In this document: positions 40,496 to 54,142 of the stretch, piece after piece
Numbering within the stretch: position 1 is the stretch's first letter
Layout of the letters: each line of letters begins with the position of its first letter
Assembly: GCF_964204645.1 (NCBI RefSeq)
Contig: NC_134026.1
Location: 23,532,150-23,596,149, forward strand
Direction: 5' to 3'
DNA length: 64,000 nucleotides
Source: Tubulanus polymorphus
Lineage: Eukaryota; Animalia; Nemertea
Program-made: the position numbers and the translations under genes
The notes under the pieces: generated by a model
What the model saw: the letters and a program-made list of their open reading frames with translations, nothing else
Told to the model about the DNA's origin: nothing
Databases searched by the model: none

Positions 40496-43400
40496 AAGCT
40501 GGGTGAATGGCTTGTTCGTGGTGCCATCTATAGAAGACAACAACATCAACAACAAGAGCGCTGACTGCAAACGTGTGCACACATATTACGTATTTATTAC
40601 AAGCATTGCAACTAATGTGTGCATGGAACCTCGATGATAGTTCAGCATCTAGACAATAGAGAGCTCTTGAGCTGATCGTTGTCTTTTAGGTGCGTGAAAA
40701 TGTGATGGTGATGTCCATTCGTGAATTCAAGAAGAGAATCTACGTCGCTGTTCTCTATTGCACTGTCTCAAGCAGCCCTATAAGAGTCACGAATGATATG
40801 CCAGGAATGAAGTGCATCGATGTACACTATACACACACTACAGATCGCGCTCTAATCGCTGGTCGTCACCTGTAGTTGCAGCAATCATTGCATATCGAGA
40901 CGACATAGACACAAAACAGAAATAAGTCGGTGAATTATCATGATAAGTGTGTTATCTAGTCGTGTATATTAATATCATAGACAAAATTGTTGGTGTGTAC
41001 AGATGAAAACTTGTGTCTGTGTGACAGGAGGATTAATGTTGCACATAAACACATACGTACAATGCATACAAATGGGAATGTCTACTTATCCTGGAATTTG
41101 ACAGTACAAGCGTGCGCTCTTTTTATAGAAACTTTCCTCTCTCAACTATTTGCATTGAAAAATCATTACGCATTTATTGCCGAAGGAGTTGTGCATGCTT
41201 CGCAATAAATGCCTACATGTTCCAACAGGTTGGCATCACTGTTTGACTGGGGTTTGATATTTATATAGTGTATGTATACGAATATTTACCTGGTCTTCCG
41301 TATTGCTTCGTACTGTTGGCCTATACTCCAGTACATTGAATTTTTCAAGATCTATGTATAAAGTTGTGAATTAGTTTTGTCTTTCACTAGAACACTTGAT
41401 GTCTAATACGGATCATGTACAACACTTAACCTGCGGACTACTTGTAGGCTGCTAAATTTGGGCTGGCTCCACATATGTTAGTTTGTTTCCAGTAACATAG
41501 AGCCAAGCATTCTGTATTGACAGCAATGAATTTTCAGGCCATGAAAACTTAGTTGTTGACATGATATTATTTTCGTTAAGTTAATTATTTATTGTACTTG
41601 GTGTTTTTATATGGATTATAAGATTAAGATTCTATATAAATAGAGGTGTAGACTTTTGATCGAAATTGGTATGGTGCCTGCATTACTAGGGATTGTAAAG
41701 CAGTGGAAATTATTTTTTTCAGTCCAATGTTTATTTTCCGATACGAGTCATTAGCCTTGCCTAGCAAACTGCCTCTAACAAGCAAGCAAGCCAATGAATA
41801 AATGTCTAAAATAAAAATGGAAAATCATTAATTCTTTTTAAAACACATTTTGAAATTAGTACGTATGCATTGTACACTGATTAGCTGATATCTTGTTCTC
41901 TATTTAATCTTTTGTACCAAGACCTGACTATCCGGTAAAAGTGAAATCTCAGGCACTGGCCTAAATGTAAGCTTGCATGTTATTTAAATCTTGACTTCGA
42001 TAATGGTTAGCTGAATGAATTCTACCGGTATATAAACAACACTTGGATATGGTACAGACAGTTTGACACAAGACTCCACAATCTTTGTTCGGCTAGCAAA
42101 TGACATGAAAACTTGTCGATCTCTTGTACAAAATTTACATTTATAGTCCTGAAAAAGAGTGTATACATATGTTCACATTGTATGTTCTTCTGGTTCTACG
42201 TGTTGATTAGTTTCTAAGTCGTAGTTGTATACATACGTACATACAGTCAATTAAACACATAATTGGCTTGGTAGATGTTAATTATATATATATTATATAT
42301 ATACATATATAGACAAGATATATTTAAAAACTCCTGCTGGATACCAGGAAGCGCATCAGAAATCTGATCCGACTCTTCGCTATACATAATCTCATCATAA
42401 CGTTTTTGATGCTTAGGACATTAAACAGATAAGTTCTTGCAAGGTTTCTATTAAGTTTAGTTCAGTTAAAATGGTTTCGGTGACTTGCTACGTGTGGCCT
42501 TATTTCTGTGCTAGAAGGAAGTATTTTGAACAAATGAAATTTTCGATTTTTACACTAAATCGCTGTCATTCTTTGTTGATATGAAACATTTATTTGACCT
42601 CGAGTATGCTTTGTGACAAGAATAACCTGTAGTCTTATTGTTAGTAGTAATTTTCATGTGCATAACAATACATAATGATGATATATTTGTTAATTTCTTG
42701 TTGAATATTAATTATGAATATGATTCTAATTCTAATTATTATGATAATTATTACCAACATGATGTCAACATGATAAGTTTTCCTATCGACAAAGATTTGC
42801 TATCATTTTTATATATGTGATACGTTTTATGGCTATGGTGTGTATAATAAAGATGTACTAAAAGTATTTTAAATTCGTAACAAAATATACATTATAAGTC
42901 TATGTAGATAGTCATAGGTACAATGATTAAATTTGTTTTTCGTTATCCTTGTACTATTTCAGTCCAGATAGTGAAGCGTAATTGTTAAAAAAAGGCGTAC
43001 ATGCAGTACTTAAGGGACATCGATGCCTGCAGAAGATATACAAATGCCTGCATGCAGATATGTTGTACGTTGTTGCACATGTTTGTATTTGCACTGATGA
43101 TACAGAGAACCGCTTTTGTTCATTGCCTTGATTATTGTTCTGAAAAATTTCCAAAAAAATTGAAATGATTCAGAATGTATGAAATGGTTTTCAATCTCAT
43201 ATCCCTGGCAGCCATTTTTTCTCATAATGTCTGCATGGATCAGACTAGATTATGCGCACTTGTTGACATAATTAATAGATTATATAAATATATGAAAGTT
43301 GCTATTTTTTCTAGTGTGGATAGTGAATCCTCACCTAGGCTAATCTTAGTTGCTGGTACAACTTATGGCCTAATGCTGTTAAGTGATGCTTAATGATACA

Positions 43401-45007
43401 AAATAATATACACTGGTATAATTCTAACCCTAAATTGCACTTTTTGGCATTTTGATTTGAAAATTGGTCACAGGTTGTGGATCTTTCTCTAGTCTAAAGT
43501 TTGTGCGTTTTGGTGAGGAAATTTGAATCAAGCAAATTCACACATGATTTATAAGAATTTAACTAAAAAGATCTGATCGCTACCGGCACACATAATGTCT
43601 AACATTCATTTTCTCATTACAGCCCACAGGTGATAAACAGTAGCCCTTACGAAATGGTATTTACTTTTTCATGTTGCCTGCTGAAATTCCCATTCCTTAA
43701 ATGTATTCAAGGTTATCTGTGCCAGCAACTGCCATTGAATTATGTATGGCAAGTGAAACGGTCTTTTACTATTTGGAGTAATCATTTGTGAAATGATTAC
43801 TCCAAGCATGTTTTCTTCATAAATCTCCTGTGTGATATGTCTCATTTGGCCAGAAATCAGCTTAATCATTTTCAAGTTGTAATGAGCAATCCCTCAATTG
43901 TTATTGATGTCACAATGTACTAGAAATGCAGCTCTTACAAAGAATGTTATGTTTCTGCTTAAATAGCCATTCCTAATGGATGTACTGTCAGTCAACCTGT
44001 AGTGGTTTTTTTTTCTTCATTTATTTTGTTACATTGAAAACTAATTATGTGGGACGAAATCTGTGTTCTGTGTTACTTTTTATGGCAACTCCCATATACA
44101 ATTTTATGATGGTGATTATTAATGTTTCCGAAATTCGTCTGCACGATCATAATGTGATGTATGGTAGAATTAAGAATGTTAAATGATTCAAAATATATTG
44201 TGACAAATATCCGGAGGAAATCAGGTTGAAAATGAAAACATGATATGTTTTTCCATAACTTTTGAATTGAGATTTAGCTAAATTCAAAACCGCTGATAAT
44301 AAATGCGGGGTATTGTTAAAAAATTGAAGTTGCTTACATAATTTTATTTCTTATTGGGCATTTGTGATAAGGTATTATATCTAGATTTTCAATTCTCGTT
44401 TACTACTAAGCATGCTGTATTCTTTGTATATAGTTAAATACCATATACATGTATATAGCTATAATGAATATGTCGATACCTGACAGTCATAGTTCATTGT
44501 TAGAGGCATTTTTTTACTACAATGTGTATCCTTAAAAAGAAAAGAACGACGGCTGTGTAGTGCGAAGTTCCACGGCCAATTTTCATTGTACAGCCAACAA
44601 ACACAACGTGTATGTATTTGTAAAATAGATATTGAAAAAAGAGCGGGCTAGTCCGAAACTATTTAAGATGGTGCATATATAGAAGAATATATAAAATGAA
44701 TGAAAAAAGTCTTAGATCTTCTTGATCCATTATGATAATCATAAGGGATCAATGAAGATTAATTGATGACGTGTTTAATCTTAACATTTTAATCTATATG
44801 CTTTCAGGGACTTCTATTAGTCAGTGATTAGTGATCTTTTGTTGAAATCTTTGTTTTAAATACTATTTAAATGATGGTATAATGTTATTATTCCTAAATA
44901 ATAAATGATATATAAAATAAACATACTTTAAGACATTATGATAATGTTTTTGATGAAAGAGGTTACACAATCAATCAAAGATGTGAATGATGATGTGATG
45001 ATATAAA

Positions 45008-45039
<32 letters not shown>

Positions 45040-45078
45040 GGTATGATTATTATGGTATGATTATTATTTTTATTATTA
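45008..45078. repeat. (ATT)n microsatellite with an internal duplication
   Basis: Read directly from the sequence. Confidence 0.9.
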
Positions 45079-46103
45079 TAATTAATGATAAATCTTGTCT
45101 AGGTACGTATGTACAACTATTTTGTGTTTGGTACATTGTATATGTTGTGTCATATTTCTGTCATTGAAGAAACTATTATAAGATGCCATACATGTATTAA
45201 AACCTCACAACTCATCTTCAAATACTTGTGTGTTTGTCTTACTTATCTTTTATTTCAAAAATCAATAGGCATGCTGCAATCACTTTAAAAGGAGGAATAC
45301 ACTTATTTAGCTTCAGATTCCCGGCTCTGCGGTATCAGTCGATTCTCCCGGTGTTGTGTACTATGGTAGCCCTGAGACGACATTGCCAGTTGCCAATTGC
45401 TAGTTCTCAAATGCTTTTTGCTTGCTAGTTGACCAGCCGAGAGGCAGAAACGCGTACGGTACAGGAAATTTGACGACGACCAGAATCTTGCGTGCCGACA
45501 ATAATACTATTTAAACGTAATACTAATAAGTAACAAAGTAAAATTGATACGCTGGATGACGTTTCACATTCATCATTCAGATATAAGATAATTTCATTCC
45601 TTCAAATTTGGCAATACCCTGCACCTCCTCAATCTAGGTTCTCTTGAGACATTTGATCATAAAAGAGATCTTGTCCATAAAATTAAAATTCAAGTTCAAG
45701 TGTCCTCTTCCCTTGCCGTGTTTTATTCTGAACCTGCACCAGCCGGCGGCGCTCTTGACGGAAAAATCCTGACTTGGATATTCTCGGAGCCACCCGGCCA
45801 TTGAACGTTTAGATACAGATCTGAATATTGGGATTGTGACAGTCAAGTGGAATAGGTCTAAGTAATTCATATCTCCACCGGGCCTGTATTTTATATCATT
45901 TGTAAGTTGGTATTTGTTATTTAATCTCGGAAACGGTGCTGTTTGCTTGTTTTTGTGGTTGGTTAATCTCATATTTGCTGTAGTGTAGTGCTTATTTTGT
46001 TGACAGTTGACAACTTATATCCCCAGTGAGTTTGTCATCATTATTGTTAGAGCATTCTCATCTGATTGTATTACAGACCAGTGGACACAGGCTAACTCAA
46101 TCG

Positions 46104-49100
46104 ATGGCCTTATCATGTGTTAAAGTATTGATGGTTGCCCGTATCCGGGAAAATTGTGGCAATAATACTGCTGCTGATAGAATCAGGTAATTTTGAAATT
46201 CTATCTCTACTTCGTTTCGAGAGGTCATGTTAAAAGTTACAGGTTATCAGTATAGGCTAGTCCATGCATACTGTATTGATTTTGATATCAGTTAGACAGC
46301 TGTTCACTTGACTTTACTTGGCAATATTTGTTTTTGCTTTGCATATGTTTTCAATCAATGCGATGATTCTTGATTGTTTACTAGGATTGATCCACAAATT
46401 TTTCGGCCATGACTTTGAAATATTGAAAAAATTTCATCCCAGTTTACTCCATAAACGGTAGTCTGAATACCCGTCGTTGTTACCGGTTGTTTGTGGAACG
46501 ATGGCTAGGTACTAAACCTTCTAAGCCTATACTCCATTTCTCAATTCTACTTGGTGAAATATTTCCCAATGCTACTGAGATGGCGAAGTTTTTGCTATAG
46601 GCCATTCCTACTGAAGTTTAGATTTTTTATGAAAGTATTACTTATTCAGTGCTGACTAATTTATTCCTGAAAGTACTGGAGATAAATTCAAAATTTAAAA
46701 AAGTTCCACCCCATGCGTTGGGCACCACTCGGCCTATAGGCCTATGCATCAACACCGTAGAACTACTATTACTGATATTTCACAATATTTGACAGGTGTG
46801 GCCATCCTTGAATAGAGATAAGAACTAAATACTAATAACATCAATACACTGCTAAGCTATACCATATACTAGCAAAATCTATCGGTGATTTGTACACCGG
46901 ACTGCGGTGTAGATGCACTGAAAGGGTTAATAGAGAATATTTTACCATATTTCTCAGTGAACTGCAATTTAGCCTACAAATAGATACATTACTAATTAGT
47001 TCTGATTAAATCATAATTTCCTATAGTTGGCCTCTATGGCAGTACTCATCCATGTGTCTTATGCGTATTTGTATTTGTGTTTTTAGGAAACACCTTGAAG
47101 AAACACCTTTCTGTTGCGTATTGAAAGATGTCAATGATTTCCACGACGTCACTGAGTTGAAGCATTTCATCGCATGTCACAAAATAACTGTAGCTATAGG
47201 AATCCATGCTTATCATGCTGGAAAAGTTCTCCATGGTATGTAGCCTATGTAGATAAGAATATAATTTACATTTTTTAGTCTGCCAAAATAAATCTGTGGA
47301 ATTTATGAAAAAGTCCTTGTATGAGTGAAAATCCTTGTCTGGTTTCACAAATGATGTTAACTCAAATTTTTATTCATATCTTGTGACTACCTACCTATTA
47401 TCTGTGAGATATTGAGATTTTTCATCGATAAGGCTGGCTTATGGAATTTTGATTAGCCACCATTGATTTTATCAAAACGATACAGTTGGGATATGAAAAG
47501 CAGGTGTATTTCATTGCCGTGTTTGTTTATTCACAGTGTTTATTTAACTTATATTCTTTTATCAAATGGAATTTATGAGTAAGTAATTAGCATTGTCAAA
47601 TTGGTCACGTATGTCCATGACGTCAATATATCAATATGTTGCAGTTTAACAGCTGTTTTATCAACTATTATGTCCTACGGGATATTTGGTTTCCCTTTAT
47701 AGGCTGGGTCGTGCATGTGCCCCTTTAAGAAATTACTTGAAATGAAATTCTGAGGAGGTGACCTTATATAGATAATCCATTAAGACAATCTTTCCGGTTA
47801 AATGGTTTCTTATAGGTTGTGGTATTCCATATGCGATCATATTTGGAGGCACGGACTTAAATGAATATCATACTGATTCAAACATACTACCTGTGATGTC
47901 TAGAGTTGTTAATGAAGCTAAGTGAGTTCAGTTTTCTATCGTACACTTAGTCTGTATGCCGGTATATATGGAAATATTCGTGCACATTCTGAATGAGTTC
48001 ATGCTTGTTAGTAAAATTGCTTGTGAAATTTTCTGTTTCAGATATCTAGTTACCTTTAGTGCAGCTTTAAGAAAACGAGCTGATTCTCTATGGGTAAGTT
48101 TTTCTTGTCACTAGTACAGATACTAATTATACGCATCAGAAATCATCATATAGTTTACAACGTCATTTAAAACAGTAATATAAATAATGAATGTTCTCAA
48201 ATGAATTTGAATGATTTTATAAAGAGAAAGATTAAGGATGATGAGGGTCAAGTGAAAGTAAGTTATTTCATAGTCCAAGAAATTTAACTATTAACAAGTA
48301 CATGTATTGGCAAATCTATTCTTCGTTGATTAACCATAAATTATGATGTCTTTACAATTCTTTACATGATGATAAAGCAGTGATAATGGTGGGTTTTCCG
48401 CACCCTTCATATTCGAAATGAAGGGAATCAGAAATTAGAAAAGAATCTTTAGCCGCGATCACACAAGCGTTTTTGGCCCCTGCCAAATTTGGCCCGGAAC
48501 AACTGTTCACACGGGTCAAAAATGTCGGTCCAGGCCCGAGCCAAATTCTAGCACGAGACAAATGATAGCGTTTGAATTGCAACTGGCACCGGAAGTGACC
48601 CACTTCCCTTTTGTTTAAAAAAGCATTGTTTAGTATCGAGTGAGTGGTTTGCGTGTGAACGCGCTCTCTAATTATGCACGGGCCAAATTTGGCCCGAGCT
48701 TGATCCGTGCCAATTTGGCCCGGGCCAAATCTTCTCCGTGTGATCGCAGCTATTGTCAGGGATTTTGAACCTTACGGGTAGCTGTTACCACAACAGCAAA
48801 TAATGTGACCTAATGCAACATAACAATTATTTGACATAAATTTTGACAACAGCAATTCACATAACAAATTGATTTTATCCAGCATATTGTGTGTTATTCA
48901 AACCTATTGCTAATGATATAACTCGATCTATGTGCTGCAATATTTTTCTATATACTTTTTACAGCTTTTAGCAAAGCCTTCTAAACATGTCAGTAGTTAA
49001 ACGTGATAGTACATATATTTTTTTAACAAGGAAAATCGAAAAAAATTATAATAATCACTAGGATAAAAATGGGGCTTTCTAACTATGACAGAGAGCCCTA

Positions 49101-50689
49101 ATTAAGAGTCAAATAATGCATTCTTTTTCTATGATTTTTTTTGTAAGTTTTACTAATCACTGTGGGTAGGGATATAACAAGGAGTGTTTTTTTAATGGTG
49201 AAATTCATTTTCTCAGGTATAACCATATTTCATGATAGCTTCTTCCCAAATGATAGAATATTATTGATTTTTAAAGACTAAATCATAAACGATAAAGCTT
49301 GCGCTTATGCATATCAATGATATACGTCATACAAACACATGTGCTACCTTTTTCTTCGAGAACAGATTATTGAGAAGGTGCAATGCTACTTGTATAAATA
49401 TTCACCTCAATCTAGATATTTTCGTTTGCAATTTTCAGGCCGTTTCAGATGATAGATTTATCACAATTCCACAAGGTACATCAGTTGTTTGTAAACTAAT
49501 ACTGACTACTAAATCACTGAATTAGATCCTCTAACGTCATTTCTCTCTTTATATTTCCAGCTGTTTTAACCAATCCCTCCACATTCTGCTTAAGGAACTA
49601 TCTAAGAAAAAATGGATACAAAATCACAAGAAATCCACCGTTACTGTTTTCATTGATTGCTGGTATAAGACCTGTCAAAGATCCTGCATTCCTATTGCAA
49701 GCATTTTCAAGTGAGTTGAATGAAAATCTTTTGAAGATTGAAATACTTCTTTCAATAGATTCAATTGGAGAAAGTTTCTTTGAAACAATTTCAGACTGGT
49801 GGCAACACAATCAAAATGTTTTACTACTTATCATCGGACCAAAACTTAATAACGAATTTGCCGAGGAATTTGAGAAGCGCGTGAAACAAGCCAGTGGTGT
49901 AGTTTTCATTCCTGGCTTATCATTAGAGGATACTCATGCCGTTATGCGTGATAGTTTTATTGTGTTGAATTCCTCACTCAGTGAAGGCATGTCATGCGCA
50001 ATTTTAGAGGTGAGTTTGACACGTACAATTTATTTAATTGAACGTCGATGAAAGAAGTACTTCTCTTTGTGTGACATAACAGTCAAACTTGTTTGATAGG
50101 GGTTTCGCTCAACTCCGGATTTCATGTACAGTCCACTTAAAGCATGTTAAATGTGATGTTTTATTCGGATTTCTCAAAAACCGCATGAATTCCATTGATG
50201 CCGAATGATCCAAATTAAGCAGGTTCTACTGTAGTGTCTCTGTTACATACTTTAACTCGTGAATAGACACCTGAATTACCATACTTGGTGTTTCAGGCTA
50301 TGTCTCTTGGTGTACCTGTGATAGCTCGCAATATACCTGGAAATTATGCGATTATACAGCATCGAATTGATGGTCTTTTGTACGACACTCCTCAGGTAGT
50401 CAAGTGAAATGTTTTATAATGTTATTGTCTTTTCAAAATGTGTTGTTTTTAAACGTGAAATGTTTCGATCTTTATGTTTATGTAGGAGTTTGTTAAGTTA
50501 GCCGATGAAATTCTTAGCGATGATGTACTGTATGAAAAGATCAAACAAACGGCACTGGAGAAGATTAAGCTAAAACACAACTGTGATGCAGAAAAACGGT
50601 CATATCAAATGCTCGCGAGCAACCTATCAGCTTCATATAAACAATCATCAAAAACTGCTTCTGTTCTATATGATGATATATATTCATGA
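46104..50689 (+). CDS. GLT1D1: Glycosyltransferase 1 domain-containing protein 1 (GT-B fold)
   Basis: Exons 46104-46186, 47087-47235, 47816-47921, 48042-48093, 49439-49475, 49561-49710, 49795-50009, 50297-50395, 50486-50689 (TGA). Motifs: [72 protein letters not shown]. An acceptor at 46076 suggests an upstream non-coding exon. Confidence 0.92.
48451..48751. mobile_element. MITE, PIF/Harbinger-like, copy 2
   Basis: TIR AGCCGCGATCACAC ... GTGTGATCGCAGCT, many AAATTTGGCCC motifs; same family as 3975-4182. Confidence 0.75.
50080..50231. mobile_element. Degenerate Tc1/pogo-like MITE in a GLT1D1 intron
   Basis: CAGTCAAACTTGTTT ... AAGCAGGTTCTACTG|TA, imperfect TIRs. Confidence 0.4.
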
Positions 50690-50691
50690 TA

Positions 50692-50867
50692 CAGTGGAAC
50701 CTAGTTATAACGAACTCGAATACAACGATACATCTGATATAACAAATATAGAATTTCGTCCCAAGTAAGACAATTTGATTAATTTCATACTGGATATAAC
50801 GAACTATCAGTTATAACGAATATATATATTCTGGTCCCGTGAAGTTCGCTGTAACGAGGTTCCACTG
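50692..50867. mobile_element. 176-bp Tc1/pogo(Tigger)-like MITE with TA target duplication
   Basis: TA|CAGTGGAACCTAGTTATAACGAAC ... GTTCGCTGTAACGAGGTTCCACTG|TA (21/24 TIR match), internal TATAACGAA repeats. Confidence 0.85.
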
Positions 50868-51859
50868 TATATAGATATTGAGTTAATGAAATATTTTTAC
50901 TCAGGGATGAAAATATTGACAATGATAATTTCAATAGAATCTCCGATCATGAAAATAATCGTGCACTGAATATTGCTACAACGCTCGTTGCTTGTACTAC
51001 AGCAACGTAGCTGAATATTATATCATGGACACCATGATTATTCTAGTCAAATTCTAGCCAGTTCGAATGTCATTTATAACAGTTACCGATGGCTTTGTTT
51101 TGATAATGGCATTCTGTCAGCTATTACCAACTATCATCAAAAACAGCTTCCCTTGATACCATATACCGGTAGTGATCTGTGCTTATCTGATATATTATAT
51201 ATTGTGTAAACTCGTTGATATCAATCAAAATCAATGTCGTTATAACTATGTGATGGCAGAAATTGTTGTACTTATTTATATTTATTGTGATTTTAGGTTT
51301 AAATGAAAAATTGTATCTAAATAATAGTCTATTATTGTATTGAATAGATTTCGAATTGTTGAGGATTATATATTGTTGCCATGATAAGGATGAACATTCA
51401 TGTTCACTTCTTTCAATAAAATTGAAATTTTTAAAATGTTTTGTCCTGAAGTTCTCGTAATGCATCGCGTGGAACAATCCACTCTAGTCTATGTACTTCG
51501 ATAGAAGTGTCAGGGTACATGGAGAATATCAAATGGATAACCTTAGCTGGAAAGGAAACTCACGGTCACATGTGATATTTACGTCTGTGCCCACATCAGT
51601 CAGCATCATACATGGTCATCAGGACTGTTGGGGATATAAACCATTCTCAATAACTTTTCAAATCTAGATGAATAGCACTCTTGCGACTGACCTGGAGGTC
51701 TGAAGAAGGGTAGGTCCAGACTGCATTATGGTAACTGTCCGACTTGGTAACTATCCGACAGAGCCTAATATACCAGTAAATTAGTGAAAACTATGACAAC
51801 TTTTTTAGGACTTATTGATTTATTTATATACAAAATACATATACAGAGAAATTTGAGGA

Positions 51860-54142
51860 TCATTTCTTTTTTGACTTCATTTTCTGACGTTTGTTTTTGC
51901 CCGGGCGATTCTTACTCGGTTGCTACAAAACAAAAATTTGAGATGATTATAAACATAGATAACGAATAATACGAACAACTTGAATCAAAATAGACGTTTA
52001 AATAAACCTCATACGCAATGCATGAACATACCTTTCTTTTCTTCGGAAGTCCAGGTCGAGTCTGGTGCTTACGAACATTGAATTCTGTCATATCAGCCGC
52101 ACTAGTAGCTGTATTATATTTTCCTCGTTTTTTCTGACCACCAAAACCATATTTCTGATTTTTGAATTCTCGTTTCTTCCCGGGCCTGAAAAGTTCACAG
52201 AACAAATTCAAGTTGAGCAACAGCAGTGCTCATCAAAAACTTATACACCTGGATAAAGGTATGTGTACTTACGTCGGATCTGTGTTTTTATTCATTAAAG
52301 CTTTGTCACCTTCCAAAAAGTCTAGTTTGTCTTTCTGCCCTAGAATGAATAATGGCATTTATGGAAAATATGAATCACCAAACACAAGTAAACCTTTGAA
52401 AACACTTTGTAAAACAAAATACCTTTTCTAAATTTCTTTACAGCATCCAACATCTCACGTTTTTCTTTATGTCGTTTCTGAATGACCTCGGTTTGCACTT
52501 TCTTGCCATATTTCCGTAGGTTTCGTAGCTTCTTAGCCTTTTCTGATCGTTCGAGCGCTTGTTCTTTCGATAAAAGTTTTTCTCGTACCTATTTTCGATG
52601 AGCAAAAAGCTATCATTCACCGCATTGAGTGCTGACTGAATACCTATTTGGTTTCAGATCGATGCTTACCTTCTTCATATGATCATCTGTTTTAGCCATT
52701 TGGGCAAAATAATCTTCGGGTCTTTTTGTTAAAATACCTAAACTTTTCAAACGCGGTATCGCTTCTAAAACAGATGCTTGAGCCTGTCGATAACTGAAAC
52801 AGTAAAAAACAAACTAGACATAAATTTATGATTCTAAGGATAATCCCGGGTTAAAGTTCATAGACTGGTAAAATAATACTCAAACTCCAGGGAACATTTC
52901 AAATTTTGAATTAATATCATTATTTTGGAAGGTTATAAATGGTATGAGTTTAGGATTCCTTCTTAGGATCTTTTGAAAAAGGTCCTTGATCTTAAGAAAA
53001 CCGAGTCAACTAAAACAAATCACAAAATGCTACACTCACAATAACAACTCTCTTTTGAAGTCATTATGTACAATGTCATCTGGATTAGCTTCTGTATCTT
53101 CAAGGTTTGTATCTAGTGTTACCGCCGCAGGAGGATTTGTTAAGTCCAATGTTTCGACCCAATCTAAATTTTGTTTGAATTCACCAAGAGCTTCTTCCAT
53201 GCCGACCTATAATAGATAATCAGTATGAATGATGGTTGAGAACCATTGAGAAATTAAAAGATCTCGAGGAGAACTGAGAGAAACTTACCACATCGTTTAT
53301 ATATTTTTTTCGACCTTCTAAAACCACGTTAACTCCGGGTTTCAGTTTTCCTTCCTGGAAAGCATTTGCCAGCTGAAAATTCAATAAGAGGATATTCGAT
53401 TCACGTATGGACATATTTCAGTTGCTCCCAAAGCCAAGTCCAAAACGAGTCACCGCTGCTAGAGATCTCAGCTTTTGAAGACAAACTATTACCCAATTCT
53501 AAGAAAATAACAGCTGCGACCAATTTAATGTCAATGAAAATTGAAACACTCTCAGTCTCAGCGGCTTTAAGAAATTTACAGTATATGACAATAGTGTGTT
53601 GACATTGGAATCAAGGTGTGAAGATCCGTCAATTGGTCAAATTTCGAAATCTATGAAACATTGTTAAGTTCAGCACGGGGCTCGTATCAGAGTTGTAGGT
53701 AATGTAAAAACGATAATCTGTTAATCCTATGTCTATAACTATAGACATAGGATTGTAAAAACGATAATCTGTTAATCCTATGTCTATAGTTATAGACATA
53801 GGATTAACAGATTATCGTTTTTACATTACCTACAACTCTGATACGAGTCCCTGTGAAGTTCAGTGCAATATAAAATGCATTTTTTATGGGATGTTTTATT
53901 TGAATTGATTCGAACTGGAGGCGATAATGAGAATATCAAACTTGGAGTGAAGATGGACAGACCGGTGAAAACAACAATGTTGTTTTCACCGGTCTGTCCA
54001 TCTTCAAGATTCGATGTTGTCAACATCGAATCTTCATTCAGAGACCATTGAATGTATGAACATTTACCTCTTCATCTGAATCCACATCTGAAACATCCGA
54101 AGCATCGCTGTTATCAATAAAATTTTCCATATCAGCGGCCAT
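51860..54142 (-). CDS. EBNA1BP2: rRNA-processing protein EBP2
   Basis: Minus-strand exons 54142-54068, 53372-53289, 53206-53040, 52793-52670, 52588-52423, 52339-52273, 52185-52032, 51922-51860 (TGA). Motifs: LDWVETLD, NDFKRELLFYRQAQASV, TKRPEDYFAQMAKTDDHMKKVR, LRKYGKKVQ, KYGFGGQKKRGKYNT, NRPGKNKRQKMK. AATAAA on the minus strand at 51824-51819. Confidence 0.95.
53674..53855. mobile_element. 182-bp foldback MITE with 8-bp target-site duplication
   Basis: AAGTTCAG on both flanks (53666-53673, 53856-53863); CAC...GTG termini; perfect 74-bp inverted arms 53681-53754 and 53774-53847. Confidence 0.88.
53948..54034. repeat. Two abutting perfect palindromes (29-bp arms and 14-bp arms, each with a 1-nt centre)
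   Basis: TGAAGATGGACAGACCGGTGAAAACAACA-a-TGTTGTTTTCACCGGTCTGTCCATCTTCA (53948-54006) and AAGATTCGATGTTG-t-CAACATCGAATCTT (54006-54034). Confidence 0.92.

Noticed and set aside
46638-46930. Possible piggyBac-like MITE ending AAGGG-TTAA
   Set aside because: The left terminus is too degenerate to define.
51923-54067. Intronic snoRNAs in EBP2, expected for a ribosome-biogenesis host gene
   Set aside because: No convincing C/D box pair with a terminal stem or H/ACA layout seen by eye; an Infernal/Rfam scan would be decisive.
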